Of a DNA stretch of 64,000 bases, positions 8,102 to 18,459 are shown piece by piece. The stretch is from a bacterium. GTDB lineage: Bacteria; Patescibacteriota; Dojkabacteria; JAKAPS01. Both the position numbers and the translations under genes were made by a program. A model generated the notes under the pieces. It worked only from the letters and a program-made list of their open reading frames with translations, had not been told where the DNA came from and made no database searches. The stretch covers positions 1,751-65,750 of the forward strand of contig JAKAPS010000002.1 in NCBI GenBank assembly GCA_021806925.1, written 5' to 3'. How positions within the stretch are numbered: position 1 is the first letter of the stretch; each line of letters begins with the position of its first letter.

Positions 8102-9547
8102 TTATATATCTATTATTCTAAGTGAGTTTGTCTCCCCCTCTATTCCGACTTTTAATCCAGTCATAAAAATCAATTTTGCACCTTTCTCAACATAATTTAT
8201 ATTACGGAGAATATTAATACTATTATCAATTAAATCATCTATTGTGTTTGTTTTGTCAACAAGAAATGATTTAATTCCCCAAATCATTGCAAGCTGGTTG
8301 TATACCTTTTCTGATTGTGTGACTGCAATAATTGTCTTGTTTGGACGTAAGCTCGCAAGTGCAATTGCACTTTTACCTGACTCTGTAGCTACTACAAGTA
8401 AATTGCAATTCATATTATTTGCAAGTAATGTTGCAGCAGATGCAATTGCATCTGCATTACTTTGTTCATGATGTATATTTTCGTATCTTTTATCATATAT
8501 TAGTTTGTTGTTATTTTCAGTAGTCTTCACAATTGATCTCATCATTTCTGTAGCATCAAAAGGGTACTTACCTACTGCAGATTCAGCACTCAACATAACA
8601 TCATCAACCTCGCTTATAGCTGCATTGGCAACATCGCTTACCTCTGCACGTGTAGGTCGAGGGTTTGTTATCATAGATTCAAGCATTTGTGTTGCAACAA
8701 TAACAGGCTTCTTCTTATCCTTACATAATTGAATTATTTTAGATTGCCAAACAGGAATATTTTCCATACCAATTTCAACAGCTAAATCCCCTCTTGCTAC
8801 CATTATCATATCTGTTACATCAATTATTGATTCAATATTTTCAATAGCATGCTTGGTTTCAACTTTTGTTATTATCTTTATTCTTGGATTTACTTTATTG
8901 ATTAAATCTCTTGTATAAAGTACATCTTCTGCCTTTTGAACAAATGAAATAGCAATATAGTCTACATCATTTTTAAGACCAAATGAAAGATCGTACAAAT
9001 CCTTCTCTGTAAGACATGGTTCATCAATTAATGTGTCAGGTATATTTATTCCCTTATTTGAAGATATTGTACCATCATTTAAAAATTTTATTATTGCATA
9101 ATCATTTTTAACTTCTTCCACCTTTGCTTTTAAATATCCATCATTAAAAAATATTGTGTGGTTAGCGTGTAAATATGGTATAAAATCATATTGGATTGGT
9201 ATGCAGTGATAAGTAGGATCAAAATCCTGTTTTAAATTTTTTCCAATATATGCAATATCATTTGTTTTTATGTATAACTGATTTTCTATTTCTCCTACCC
9301 TTATTTTTGGCCCTTGCAAATCCTGAATTATTGCAATTGGTTTGTGGTGCTTCTTAGATAACTGTCTAATATCCCTTATTATTTTAACAAACTCCTCATG
9401 CTTCCCGTGTGAGAAATTCAGTCTTGCTCCATTCATACCAATATGTATCAATTTTTCGAGAGAGTCTCTGTCAGATGTTGCTGGACCAATCGTACATATC
9501 ATTTTAGTCTTTTTTAGATAATCTGTCTGTATTATTGTTTTATTCAT
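8102..9547 (-). CDS. pyk: Pyruvate kinase
   Basis: MICTIGPATSDRDSLEKLIHIGMNGARLNFSHG N-terminal signature; MIMVARGDLAVEIG; 481 aa. Confidence 0.95.
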   Translation of the reverse strand: MNKTIIQTDYLKKTKMICTIGPATSDRDSLEKLIHIGMNGARLNFSHGKHEEFVKIIRDIRQLSKKHHKPIAIIQDLQGPKIRVGEIENQLYIKTNDIAYIGKNLKQDFDPTYHCIPIQYDFIPYLHANHTIFFNDGYLKAKVEEVKNDYAIIKFLNDGTISSNKGINIPDTLIDEPCLTEKDLYDLSFGLKNDVDYIAISFVQKAEDVLYTRDLINKVNPRIKIITKVETKHAIENIESIIDVTDMIMVARGDLAVEIGMENIPVWQSKIIQLCKDKKKPVIVATQMLESMITNPRPTRAEVSDVANAAISEVDDVMLSAESAVGKYPFDATEMMRSIVKTTENNNKLIYDKRYENIHHEQSNADAIASAATLLANNMNCNLLVVATESGKSAIALASLRPNKTIIAVTQSEKVYNQLAMIWGIKSFLVDKTNTIDDLIDNSINILRNINYVEKGAKLIFMTGLKVGIEGETNSLRIIDI

Positions 9548-9882
9548 AAATTATTAATTATATATTTTACATTTTTGATATTATCATATAACACTATCTA
9601 GTTCCAATAGAACTTAATGAGGAAATTCATTAATATGAACATAATTCTATATCAACTTCTACAGTTGAAGATGCGTTATGATTACAACAGATAATGATTT
9701 TTTTCAAACTTAAAGTTGGTTGTATAGTAGACAATCTTGATAGTTTGGAATATAAGTTCTACCAAAATTAAATACTGTTTTCTTCTTAACCATAATCACA
9801 CGCATATTAATTCAATCAATTTAGGATATTAATTAGAATTAACTAGTATTTTTATTGGATAATTGCTAATATGTAAAAAATA

Positions 9883-10440
9883 ATGTATCCATTAGAATTT
9901 AAAACAAAGCTTTTTTCAATAAAATCAAGAATAATATTGAAATTACCATCTGATGTAAGTAAAAAACTTCCATCAAGAGGAACTGTCATGGTAAAAGGTA
10001 CATTGAATAAAGTTGATTTTAAAGCATTACTTGAACCTGATGGAGTATATATGCAGAATAAGGAAACAAGTCATTGGTTTAGTCCATCAAATAAATTATT
10101 AAAATTGGCAGAAGCAACTGCAGGTGACATTGTAGATGTATCAATAGAGCCAACGGATGAATGGATAGAACCAGAAGTTCCAGAAGATTTTAAGAATGCT
10201 TTGAATAAATCAAAAAAAGCTGAAGAGCTATGGAAAGATATAACCCCAATGGCGAGATGGGATTGGATTAGATGGATACGTGCAGTTAAAACTATGGAAA
10301 CGAGAAAGAAGCATATTGATGTTGCAATATCAAAGTTAAATAATGGACTTAGAAGACCGTGTTGCTTTAATAGAAGTATGTGCAGTGATCCTGAGGTTTC
10401 ACATAATTGGGTTCTATTAAGTGGAGATGAAGAAAACTAA
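9883..10440 (+). CDS. DUF1905 / YdeI(OmdA)-like domain protein
   Basis: N-terminal beta-barrel-like region followed by a WDWIRWIRAVKTMETRKKHIDVAISKLNNG helix region typical of the YdeI/OmpD-associated family. 185 aa. Confidence 0.4.
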   Translation: MYPLEFKTKLFSIKSRIILKLPSDVSKKLPSRGTVMVKGTLNKVDFKALLEPDGVYMQNKETSHWFSPSNKLLKLAEATAGDIVDVSIEPTDEWIEPEVPEDFKNALNKSKKAEELWKDITPMARWDWIRWIRAVKTMETRKKHIDVAISKLNNGLRRPCCFNRSMCSDPEVSHNWVLLSGDEEN

Positions 10441-10523
10441 GAAGTTACTGGTTACATTTTGTAATACTAAAATAGATTTATATTCATGTTAATGAATTAC
10501 TTATCTAACTATACAATGAATAT

Positions 10524-11054
10524 ATGAAAATAACTGAGAAAGTTAAATATAACAATGAAATATATATCTATGAGTACCATGATTCTGATAATTTCTCAAG
10601 TCTTGAATTATATAGATGTCAGCAGGCCTATTGTGTATCATTTTTGAAAGGAAATGAAAGGATAGTAATTGTATATAACCATAAAAATATGACTTGGAGA
10701 TTACCAGGAGGAACAGTTGAACACAGTATGAACGAAACTCTTGACTGTACATTAAAGCGTGAGTTAATAGAAGAAACAAATATGAAAGCTTTAAGATATC
10801 TTCCTATAGGATATCAAAAAGTATCTAAAGAAGGTTCAGTAGATAATGGATATATATATATATATATATATATATATCAAATAAGATATGTATGTATTGT
10901 AGAAAAGATTGGAGAATTTATAAGTGATATAGACGGTGATATTACGAAGATAAAGCTTATAGATATAGATAAATATAAGGAATACTTTAATTGGGGGAAG
11001 ATTGGTGAGAGGATTATGAGTAGAGCTAATGAAAAAGTTAAAATTATAAGATAA
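10524..11054 (+). CDS. Nudix hydrolase
   Basis: Nudix box LPGGTVEHSMNETLDCTLKRELIEETNMKA (G-x5-E-x7-REllEExG). Contains an in-frame (TA)n tract encoding YIYIYIYIY. Confidence 0.7.
   Translation: MKITEKVKYNNEIYIYEYHDSDNFSSLELYRCQQAYCVSFLKGNERIVIVYNHKNMTWRLPGGTVEHSMNETLDCTLKRELIEETNMKALRYLPIGYQKVSKEGSVDNGYIYIYIYIYQIRYVCIVEKIGEFISDIDGDITKIKLIDIDKYKEYFNWGKIGERIMSRANEKVKIIR
10851..10877. repeat. (TA)13.5 dinucleotide microsatellite inside the Nudix CDS
   Basis: 27 nt of uninterrupted tatata... It is read in frame as (YI)n. Confidence 0.9.
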
Positions 11055-11087
11055 TTTAATGCTTACTGATAATATCTCAATGGTATA

Positions 11088-12650
11088 TTAGTTTTGCCCC
11101 TGGAATAATTCCTTTATTATATCTTCAAACCTTGATTTATTTTTAGATCTAACCTTAGGTTTCTTATTCTTTGCATATCCAACATAATTCTTATTTAAAA
11201 TCTTGATTGTAGAAGTTAATATAGCAAATGTTTCATATGCCCAAAGTACAAAAAATACATTCACCCACATTGCTGTATTCTGTAAATTCTCCATTAGATT
11301 CATTCTTGAATCTTTGAAATTACTTCTTACTCTATTGTCTACTAGAATAAAGAGTATTAATACAAGAATTGCTCCAGCAATATTTATATATGATATGAAA
11401 CCAAAATTAAATTGAGGAGTTAGTACATTTAAAGATACAATAGTATTAAGGTATACAAATACAAGTAGAAGAGTAACATAAAAAGGGTTAATTAGGTATG
11501 CCAATATTATATCCAGCATAATACTGTTAAATCCAATTTTTTTTGTAGTTTTTGAATAATTAACTACGTCTGGTATATATTTAGACATTAAATATATACC
11601 TCCTTGTGTCCATCTCTCTGTAGTCTCATAATGAACTTTTATTGATTCAAAAGAGGTTTTACCATGTGGAAGGTTTGATATTAAATATGAGGGAACATTA
11701 ATTGTGCTATAACCTTCTGTGTATTTTATATTCATTTTAAGACCCAATGATTTATCTTCTGAAATAACATCATCATCCCAATAATTAATTGCAATTAAAC
11801 TATTTAGTACTAGTGAATATGATGACAATATTGCTTTATTTTTATCAGTTGATTTGTATATTATGTATGAACTTAATAGTGTTGCATATAGCCTGGATAA
11901 CAGATCATATGATCTGTATTCATTAAAAAATACTAGTACTCCAGAAAATAGTTTCTTGTAATTCTCTGGTGTTTCAAAAAATTTGTATGTCAGTATAGAG
12001 AAGAATTCTTTTTCAATATATGTGTCTGAATCTATAACTGTAACCAGGGTTCTTTTTCTATCAAATATATTTCTAGTAACAATATTTTTTACTGAATAAT
12101 TTAGGTTTGTGTGTTTCCCTGGCATTTCTCCAATCTTTAATTCATGTTCGGTAAAATATATTGACTTGAATACATCGTGAAAATCTTTTTCTATTCTATC
12201 AATTAAAATATATCTGTTATCATCCCTTTTCTCAGTAGCGATAACAATTGAAATTTCTTTTGCACCATATACTTGATTTTCAATTGAATGAAGCAATTTG
12301 TACATGGTTCTGTAGTTATCCTTAAATGTAGGTATAAAAAGAAGATGATCTATCTTACGTTTTGTCTTATCATCAATAACATTACTCCAATCCAACTTTC
12401 TATATTCATCAAATCCCTTCATATTAAAGTAGGTTGATGCTATCCAATCAAGCACCTTATACTCCCCTATTAGTGGAATTATTGCTACAAATGGAATGAT
12501 TATATTTGGAATATATAGTATCATTAGGGGGATAGCAATTATTGTAATAACAAAGGAAATTAATATAAATGATGCTGTTATCTCAAAATATGGATTAAGT
12601 GATTTATTCTTGTTTAAATATCTTGTTTTCACTTTTTTCTTAATTTTCAT
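11088..12650 (-). CDS. Membrane-embedded processive family-2 glycosyltransferase (cellulose/chitin-synthase-like)
   Basis: N- and C-terminal TM bundles flank a cytoplasmic GT2 domain. Motifs: VIATEKRDDNRY, DxD as VIDSDTY, TED-like SEDKS, Q-x-x-R-W-like TTERWTQG. 520 aa. Paralogue of 26866-28326, sharing the ATEKR motif. Confidence 0.6.
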   Translation of the reverse strand: MKIKKKVKTRYLNKNKSLNPYFEITASFILISFVITIIAIPLMILYIPNIIIPFVAIIPLIGEYKVLDWIASTYFNMKGFDEYRKLDWSNVIDDKTKRKIDHLLFIPTFKDNYRTMYKLLHSIENQVYGAKEISIVIATEKRDDNRYILIDRIEKDFHDVFKSIYFTEHELKIGEMPGKHTNLNYSVKNIVTRNIFDRKRTLVTVIDSDTYIEKEFFSILTYKFFETPENYKKLFSGVLVFFNEYRSYDLLSRLYATLLSSYIIYKSTDKNKAILSSYSLVLNSLIAINYWDDDVISEDKSLGLKMNIKYTEGYSTINVPSYLISNLPHGKTSFESIKVHYETTERWTQGGIYLMSKYIPDVVNYSKTTKKIGFNSIMLDIILAYLINPFYVTLLLVFVYLNTIVSLNVLTPQFNFGFISYINIAGAILVLILFILVDNRVRSNFKDSRMNLMENLQNTAMWVNVFFVLWAYETFAILTSTIKILNKNYVGYAKNKKPKVRSKNKSRFEDIIKELFQGQN

Positions 12651-12715
12651 ATAGAATTATACTATAATTTAGTAAATTCTCATATTCCTTATTATTCGTT
12701 TTAAAATAACTAAAC

Positions 12716-14686
12716 TTATTCATCAAACTGACTCATGTATAAATTATAGTAAAAACCATGATTATCTATTAATTCGTTATGATTTCCAGATTCAACAACA
12801 TCTCCATTATTTAATACAATTATTATATCTGATGACTTTATAGTGCTTAATCTATGTGCAATAACAAATGTAGTTCTACCTTCAGTAAGCTTTTCCATTG
12901 CAGATTGTATTAACTTTTCGGTTCTAGTATCAACAGAGCTTGTTGCTTCATCAAGTATTAATATTTTCGAATTCTGAATAAATGCCCTTGCAATAGTGAT
13001 TAACTGTTTCTCACCTGACGAAAGTATAGATGTATTTTCACCAATTATATAATCATATCCATCTGGCAATGACATTATAAAATGATTGATTTGTATTAGT
13101 TTTGCAATAGATTTGATTTTTTCAAACTCAGTTGTAGGATTTGCATATGCAATATTATCTCTTATGCTTCCTGTAAATACCCATGTGTCTTGAAGAACCA
13201 TACCAATAATGCTTCGTATTGATTTCTTTGTATATCTCTTCATATTAATTCCATCAAGTAGTATCTCTCCTCCAGTTGGGTCATAGAATCTCATCAAAAG
13301 ATTAACTAATGTAGTTTTTCCTGCTCCAGTAGGTCCAACAATTGCTACTTTCATACCACTTTTAACTTCAAGATTAAAGTTGTGAATTATTTCTTTCTGC
13401 TCTGTGTATCCAAATTTTACTCCAGAAAATGATATATTAGCACTTATCTCATCTAGATTTTCAATTTCAATCTCATCAATGTTCTTAATATCTTCTTCAA
13501 GTTCAAGGAATTCAAATACTCTTTCTGCAGAAGCACTTGTTGTTTGCAATATACCAGCAATGTTTCCAATTTGTGCTACAGGTTGATTCATCTGGTTTAT
13601 GTATTGAATAAATGCCTGTATGTCCCCTATCGATATAGCATTTCTTATTGCAAGAATACCGCCAACTATAGACACTAGCACATATCCTATATTTCCAATG
13701 AAGTTAATAATTGGGAACATTAAACCTGAGTAAAATTGAGATTTCCACGATGTTATATAAAGGCTGTCATTCAGTTCAGTAAATTTTTTATCTATAAATT
13801 CTTCAGCGTTATATGCTTTCAATGTCTCAAATCCTGAAAATGATTCCTCAACAAGACCATTAACTTCACCAAGTAATTCCTGTTGTGTTTTAAAGTATTT
13901 CTGTGAGGATTTTATTATTGTTGATATTACAAAAAGACTCAATGGAATTGTTAGTAATGATATCAATGTCATGTAAACATTTATAGTTATCATCATAATA
14001 ACTATTCCAATTACAGTTAGTACAGATGAAGTAATTTGGGTAAGTGTTTGGTTTAGTGATTGATTTAATGTATCAATATCATTAGTTATTCTACTTAATA
14101 TATCACCATATGGAACTGTATCAAAATATCTTAATGGTAGTTTATATAGTTTCTCTGACACTTTTGCTCTAAGTTTGTATGTAACACTTTGCGTTAGTGA
14201 AATTGCTATCCAGGATTGCAAAAAGTAAAATATGGCGTTTACTATGTAAAGTATAATCAGTATTAAAGCAATTTTCTCAATATAGCCAAAATCAATTTGA
14301 GGCTTCTGTTTTATATATACATTTTTGAATAGATTTATAAAATTACTTGGAATTTCATTCTTGAAGCTTGATTTTTCTATTATATTGTAAAGAGACGTGT
14401 TAGATGGAATATATTTAGGTAAGTTTGGAACAATGTTATCATAACCTTGTATTTGTATATACGAATTTGTAATACTAGTTGTTATATTACCAAGAATTTT
14501 TGGTCCTGCTACAGCTATAATGATACTAAATATTGAAAGCAGAGCAATAAATGCTAAATTAATTTTATAAAGAGCTAAGTAGCTAATTAATTTAGACATA
14601 CTCTTCTTAAAATCAGTAGGTTTCTGTGAAATATTAATAAAACCCATTCTATTTCCTCCCATTGGTTGTCTTTGTTGTCTATCCAT
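12716..14686 (-). CDS. ABC exporter, fused permease-ATPase (type I, MsbA/LmrCD-like)
   Basis: Six-TM N-terminal domain; Walker A GPTGAGKTT; signature LSSGEKQLITIARA; Walker B ILILDEATS; H-loop IAHRL. 656 aa. Confidence 0.9.
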   Translation of the reverse strand: MDRQQRQPMGGNRMGFINISQKPTDFKKSMSKLISYLALYKINLAFIALLSIFSIIIAVAGPKILGNITTSITNSYIQIQGYDNIVPNLPKYIPSNTSLYNIIEKSSFKNEIPSNFINLFKNVYIKQKPQIDFGYIEKIALILIILYIVNAIFYFLQSWIAISLTQSVTYKLRAKVSEKLYKLPLRYFDTVPYGDILSRITNDIDTLNQSLNQTLTQITSSVLTVIGIVIMMITINVYMTLISLLTIPLSLFVISTIIKSSQKYFKTQQELLGEVNGLVEESFSGFETLKAYNAEEFIDKKFTELNDSLYITSWKSQFYSGLMFPIINFIGNIGYVLVSIVGGILAIRNAISIGDIQAFIQYINQMNQPVAQIGNIAGILQTTSASAERVFEFLELEEDIKNIDEIEIENLDEISANISFSGVKFGYTEQKEIIHNFNLEVKSGMKVAIVGPTGAGKTTLVNLLMRFYDPTGGEILLDGINMKRYTKKSIRSIIGMVLQDTWVFTGSIRDNIAYANPTTEFEKIKSIAKLIQINHFIMSLPDGYDYIIGENTSILSSGEKQLITIARAFIQNSKILILDEATSSVDTRTEKLIQSAMEKLTEGRTTFVIAHRLSTIKSSDIIIVLNNGDVVESGNHNELIDNHGFYYNLYMSQFDE

Positions 14687-14790
14687 ATTTTTCTATTTTT
14701 TTTATATAAGATTGTTTATATATTATATATATTACTTTTTATAACGATATGTTTATTTTTATTTTTTTTGACTAGCACATTTATTATTTT

Positions 14791-16530
14791 TTAACTAATA
14801 TTATTATTTACCTCATCAAGTGTTAATTGACTTTCAACAATCTCTTTATATGTTTCGCAGTTTTCTAGCAGATAATCATGTGTTCCAATACCATCAATTG
14901 ACCCTTGATTTAATACAATTATATGCTCTGCACCTGTAATAGTTGCTACTCTTTGACTTACAATAATCTTTGTTGTATTAGGGAACTCACTGTGAATTGC
15001 TTTACGTAAATTCAGATCAGTTTTAAAATCCAACGCAGAAAAAGTATCATCAAATATTAATATACCTCTGTTTTTTATAACACCTCTTGCAATTGAGATT
15101 CTTTGCTTTTGCCCTCCTGATAGATCAGTTCCGCCTCTTGCAAGAAATGTATCAATACCGTTTTTTAGTGAATACACAAATTCGCTTGCTTGTGCAATAT
15201 CAAGTGCTTTGTGTATCTGTTCATCTGTGAAGTTATCATAGGGAAAATTAAGATTGTCTCTTATTGTACCTGAAAATATTATTGGTGTTTGAGTCATATA
15301 ACCGATTTCATTTCTTATTGAGTTTGAATCAAGCTGCATTATATCTTTACCGTAGAAGTATATATGTCCACTTGTTGGAAATATAATCTTTTCAATTAAT
15401 TTTAATATCGTTGTTTTCCCTGATCCAGTTGAACCAATAATTGCCAATGTTTCCCCTTTATTTAATGAGAAGGATATGTTATTAACTGTGTTCTCTTTAC
15501 CACTCGGGTACATATATGAAACAGAGTCAAATACTATAGCTTTATTATTACTTTTATCGATTGATTTATCTAAACCAGTCTCATTTAATGTAACAGGTGT
15601 TTTTAAAACTTCATTTATTCTTCTCCATGAGACAATTGCTCTTGGTGATATGACAAATACCATTGTAATCATAAGAAATGATGAAATTGCAAGAAGTGCA
15701 TACTGCATGAATGCCATTTCATCACCTATCTGAAGTGTATTATTATTAATTGCATATGCTCCAATCCAAATTATTAATATAATTGTCACGTTTATTGAGA
15801 AAAATACAGATGGCTGTATAAGTCCAGACAATCTATTAACATAAATATTCAACTTTGTTATGTATTTATTTTGTTCTTCAAATTTTTCCTTATCACTTTC
15901 CTCATTGTTAAATGCTTTTATAACTCTTATTCCTGTAATTGTTTCTTTTGCAAGCAGGTTTAATTTATCTGTAACAGTTTGAACTACATTAAATTTTGGA
16001 ATTTCTATAATAAGCAATATTATAATTATTGTTGTAATAAAGATAAGTGGGAGTATAATAATTAAGCTGAGTGACTTTGCAGAAATATACGAATAATATA
16101 CAGCACCTATACCCATTACGGGGGAAAAAAGTGCAATTCTCAGTATCATTACAAATACATTCTGAATCTGCTGTATATCATTGGTTGTTCTTGTTATTAA
16201 AGAAGCACTTGAAAACTTGTTGAATTCATTCAATGAGAAGCCTTCAATCTTTGAACTTAAATCATGCCTTAAATCTCTTGAGAATACAGCGGAAATCTTT
16301 GCAGCGATCCATGATATGAGTATTGTTACAATTCCAGCTACCAGAGATATTGCAATCATTTCTAGTCCAGTTTTAGTTATAACTGAATTATCCTGTTTTA
16401 ATATTCCATTATTTACAATATTTGCCATTAAATTTGGTAATTGTAAATTTGATACTGCTTGAATTATTATTGCTAGAAATAAGACAATAAGGAGAAACCA
16501 CTGTTTTTTTATTCTAATAAGAAAATCCAT
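14791..16530 (-). CDS. ABC exporter, fused permease-ATPase; probable heterodimer partner of the adjacent gene
   Basis: Walker A GSTGSGKTT; LSGGQKQRISIARG; Walker B ILIFDDTFSALD. 579 aa. Confidence 0.9.
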   Translation of the reverse strand: MDFLIRIKKQWFLLIVLFLAIIIQAVSNLQLPNLMANIVNNGILKQDNSVITKTGLEMIAISLVAGIVTILISWIAAKISAVFSRDLRHDLSSKIEGFSLNEFNKFSSASLITRTTNDIQQIQNVFVMILRIALFSPVMGIGAVYYSYISAKSLSLIIILPLIFITTIIIILLIIEIPKFNVVQTVTDKLNLLAKETITGIRVIKAFNNEESDKEKFEEQNKYITKLNIYVNRLSGLIQPSVFFSINVTIILIIWIGAYAINNNTLQIGDEMAFMQYALLAISSFLMITMVFVISPRAIVSWRRINEVLKTPVTLNETGLDKSIDKSNNKAIVFDSVSYMYPSGKENTVNNISFSLNKGETLAIIGSTGSGKTTILKLIEKIIFPTSGHIYFYGKDIMQLDSNSIRNEIGYMTQTPIIFSGTIRDNLNFPYDNFTDEQIHKALDIAQASEFVYSLKNGIDTFLARGGTDLSGGQKQRISIARGVIKNRGILIFDDTFSALDFKTDLNLRKAIHSEFPNTTKIIVSQRVATITGAEHIIVLNQGSIDGIGTHDYLLENCETYKEIVESQLTLDEVNNNIS

Positions 16531-16593
16531 TATGTACTATAGTTGAAGTTTACTACAAATAAACCAAATATGTAAATATAGTGGTGTGGGTTC

Positions 16594-17688
16594 TTATAAC
16601 AGTTCTGGTTTTTTATCCTTTAATATATCAACAACCTGCTTTAGTTCTTTCGAATGCTTTTTTGAGCATACAAGCAAACAATCTCCTGTATCTACAATTG
16701 CTATATCATTTAGACCGACTATACATATCTCTTTATTTTTATCTTTTGAATATACAAGTGTATCTACTGAATTAATGTTTAATATATTATCTATTGGGTG
16801 CAAATAAACATTATCCAATTGCCTATCTTCGAGTTGTGATTTTAGTGACCTCCAGTCTCCAACATCATTCCATGAAACATCTACTGGTATTACCCTATTC
16901 GATGAATTATCAAGCTTTTCTAAAATTTCGAAATCAATTGATGTCTTCTTTATTTTTTTGTATAGTTCTAGAATTTCATCTGATTCTATATTGTTTTCAA
17001 GTATAGTATTTAATATGTTAAATGTTTCAATTGAATACTTTTTATAGAAGTCTGTTATTAAGCCACTTGGCCATATCATATAACCCATATTCCATAGATA
17101 GTCTCCAGATTCAAATAATTCAGTAGCCTTATCTATATCGGGTTTTTCAATGTGACCTCCATAACCGTATATATCAATACCCAAACTATCTATTCGTGTC
17201 TTATCTGTTTTTATGTATTTTAAATATCCAAAATTAGTTTCAGGGTAATTTGCCACTGCACCAAGCCTTATTATCTTCCTATGTTCTGTTGCATATATAT
17301 CACCAGCTTGAATTATATCTAAAAACTTTTCCTCATCTTTAATAATATGGTCAGACCAACATATAAATACATTATCTTCAGTATATTTTTTAGATACAAT
17401 GAATGAGGCATATCCAACACAAGCTAGAGTGTCCCATTTTGTAGGTTCTATTATAATATTATCTTCAGATAGTAAAGGATAATTTTCCATTACGTCTTTT
17501 TTGTAGTATTCAGGAACAACAACAATTATATCTTTTATATCAAATCTCTTAAGTAATCTCTCTATTGTTAATTCAAATAGGCATTTTGTGTTGTTATCAA
17601 ATAATTTTAAAAATTGTTTAGGAGTTGATATTCTGCTTACTGGCCATAATCTTGTACCATTTCCTCCTGCAAATATTAATATTTTCAT
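16594..17688 (-). CDS. Mannose-1-phosphate guanylyltransferase-like sugar nucleotidyltransferase
   Basis: MKILIFAGGNGTRLWPVSRISTPKQFL matches the ManC/GMP N-terminus (AGGxGTRLWPxSR..PKQFL). 364 aa, with no C-terminal cupin domain. Confidence 0.7.
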   Translation of the reverse strand: MKILIFAGGNGTRLWPVSRISTPKQFLKLFDNNTKCLFELTIERLLKRFDIKDIIVVVPEYYKKDVMENYPLLSEDNIIIEPTKWDTLACVGYASFIVSKKYTEDNVFICWSDHIIKDEEKFLDIIQAGDIYATEHRKIIRLGAVANYPETNFGYLKYIKTDKTRIDSLGIDIYGYGGHIEKPDIDKATELFESGDYLWNMGYMIWPSGLITDFYKKYSIETFNILNTILENNIESDEILELYKKIKKTSIDFEILEKLDNSSNRVIPVDVSWNDVGDWRSLKSQLEDRQLDNVYLHPIDNILNINSVDTLVYSKDKNKEICIVGLNDIAIVDTGDCLLVCSKKHSKELKQVVDILKDKKPELL

Positions 17689-17841
17689 TTATTGTATATT
17701 TATTATATATTTTTTTTGTTCTTTATACTGTTTACATAAAACAATAGTAATATTTTAGTAAAAGCTTATTTAGCTATTACTAAAATGCAATCTTAAATTA
17801 GCTAATGCATGTGATATATAACTATTTATAGTATATTATAC

Positions 17842-18375
17842 TTAAAATTTAACAATGTCACCTACCTTAAAATTATACTTATTTGATAGTCCTCCATTTA
17901 TCTCAAGTACATATTGAGATGGTTCAGGTATTGAATATATCTGGCAAGGGTCAGTGTTACATGGTAAAGCGTCTTTTTGAATGTAAAGAATTTGTTTGTT
18001 TTGTGACATAAATATCATATCAAGAGGTATTAGAGTATCTTTCATCCAGAATGAATTGTTGCCGCTTGATGAGTAAGAAAATAGCATACCTTCATTAGAT
18101 GGAAGTGATGTTACATTCATAAGCCCTTTTTGTTGGTCCTTGAGTGTAGTTACAATTTTAACTTTGAAGTTTATATTATCAATTGAAAGATTTGTGTTGT
18201 ATCCATTATTGTTTAACGAACCAAGTATAGTTGATATTTTTGGTGCATAGATTTCATTTGCAGTTGTAGCAATTATACTAAAAAGACTTGAAGCGAAAAA
18301 TACATATAGAGCATAAATAGATATACCAATACCAACAACAATCAAAAAGTAAAACCTAAATTCTTTAAATTTCAT
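17842..18375 (-). CDS. DUF192 (COG1430) family protein with N-terminal TM
   Basis: FWMKDTLIPLDMIFM resembles the DUF192 core (fwMkntlipLDiiF). 177 aa. Confidence 0.5.
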   Translation of the reverse strand: MKFKEFRFYFLIVVGIGISIYALYVFFASSLFSIIATTANEIYAPKISTILGSLNNNGYNTNLSIDNINFKVKIVTTLKDQQKGLMNVTSLPSNEGMLFSYSSSGNNSFWMKDTLIPLDMIFMSQNKQILYIQKDALPCNTDPCQIYSIPEPSQYVLEINGGLSNKYNFKVGDIVKF

Positions 18376-18459
18376 CTTAAAATATTCTAATACTAGGCTT
18401 TGATTTTTGCAAACTATATATAATATATATTTGATTACTTCAATGAAGATGCATTATCT

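Noticed and set aside
8244-8732. Two 75-aa plus-strand ORFs inside pyruvate kinase
   Set aside because: Antisense to pyk. Low-complexity reverse-frame translations.
10543-10779. 78-aa minus-strand ORF opposite the Nudix gene
   Set aside because: Antisense to a CDS with a clear Nudix box. No support.
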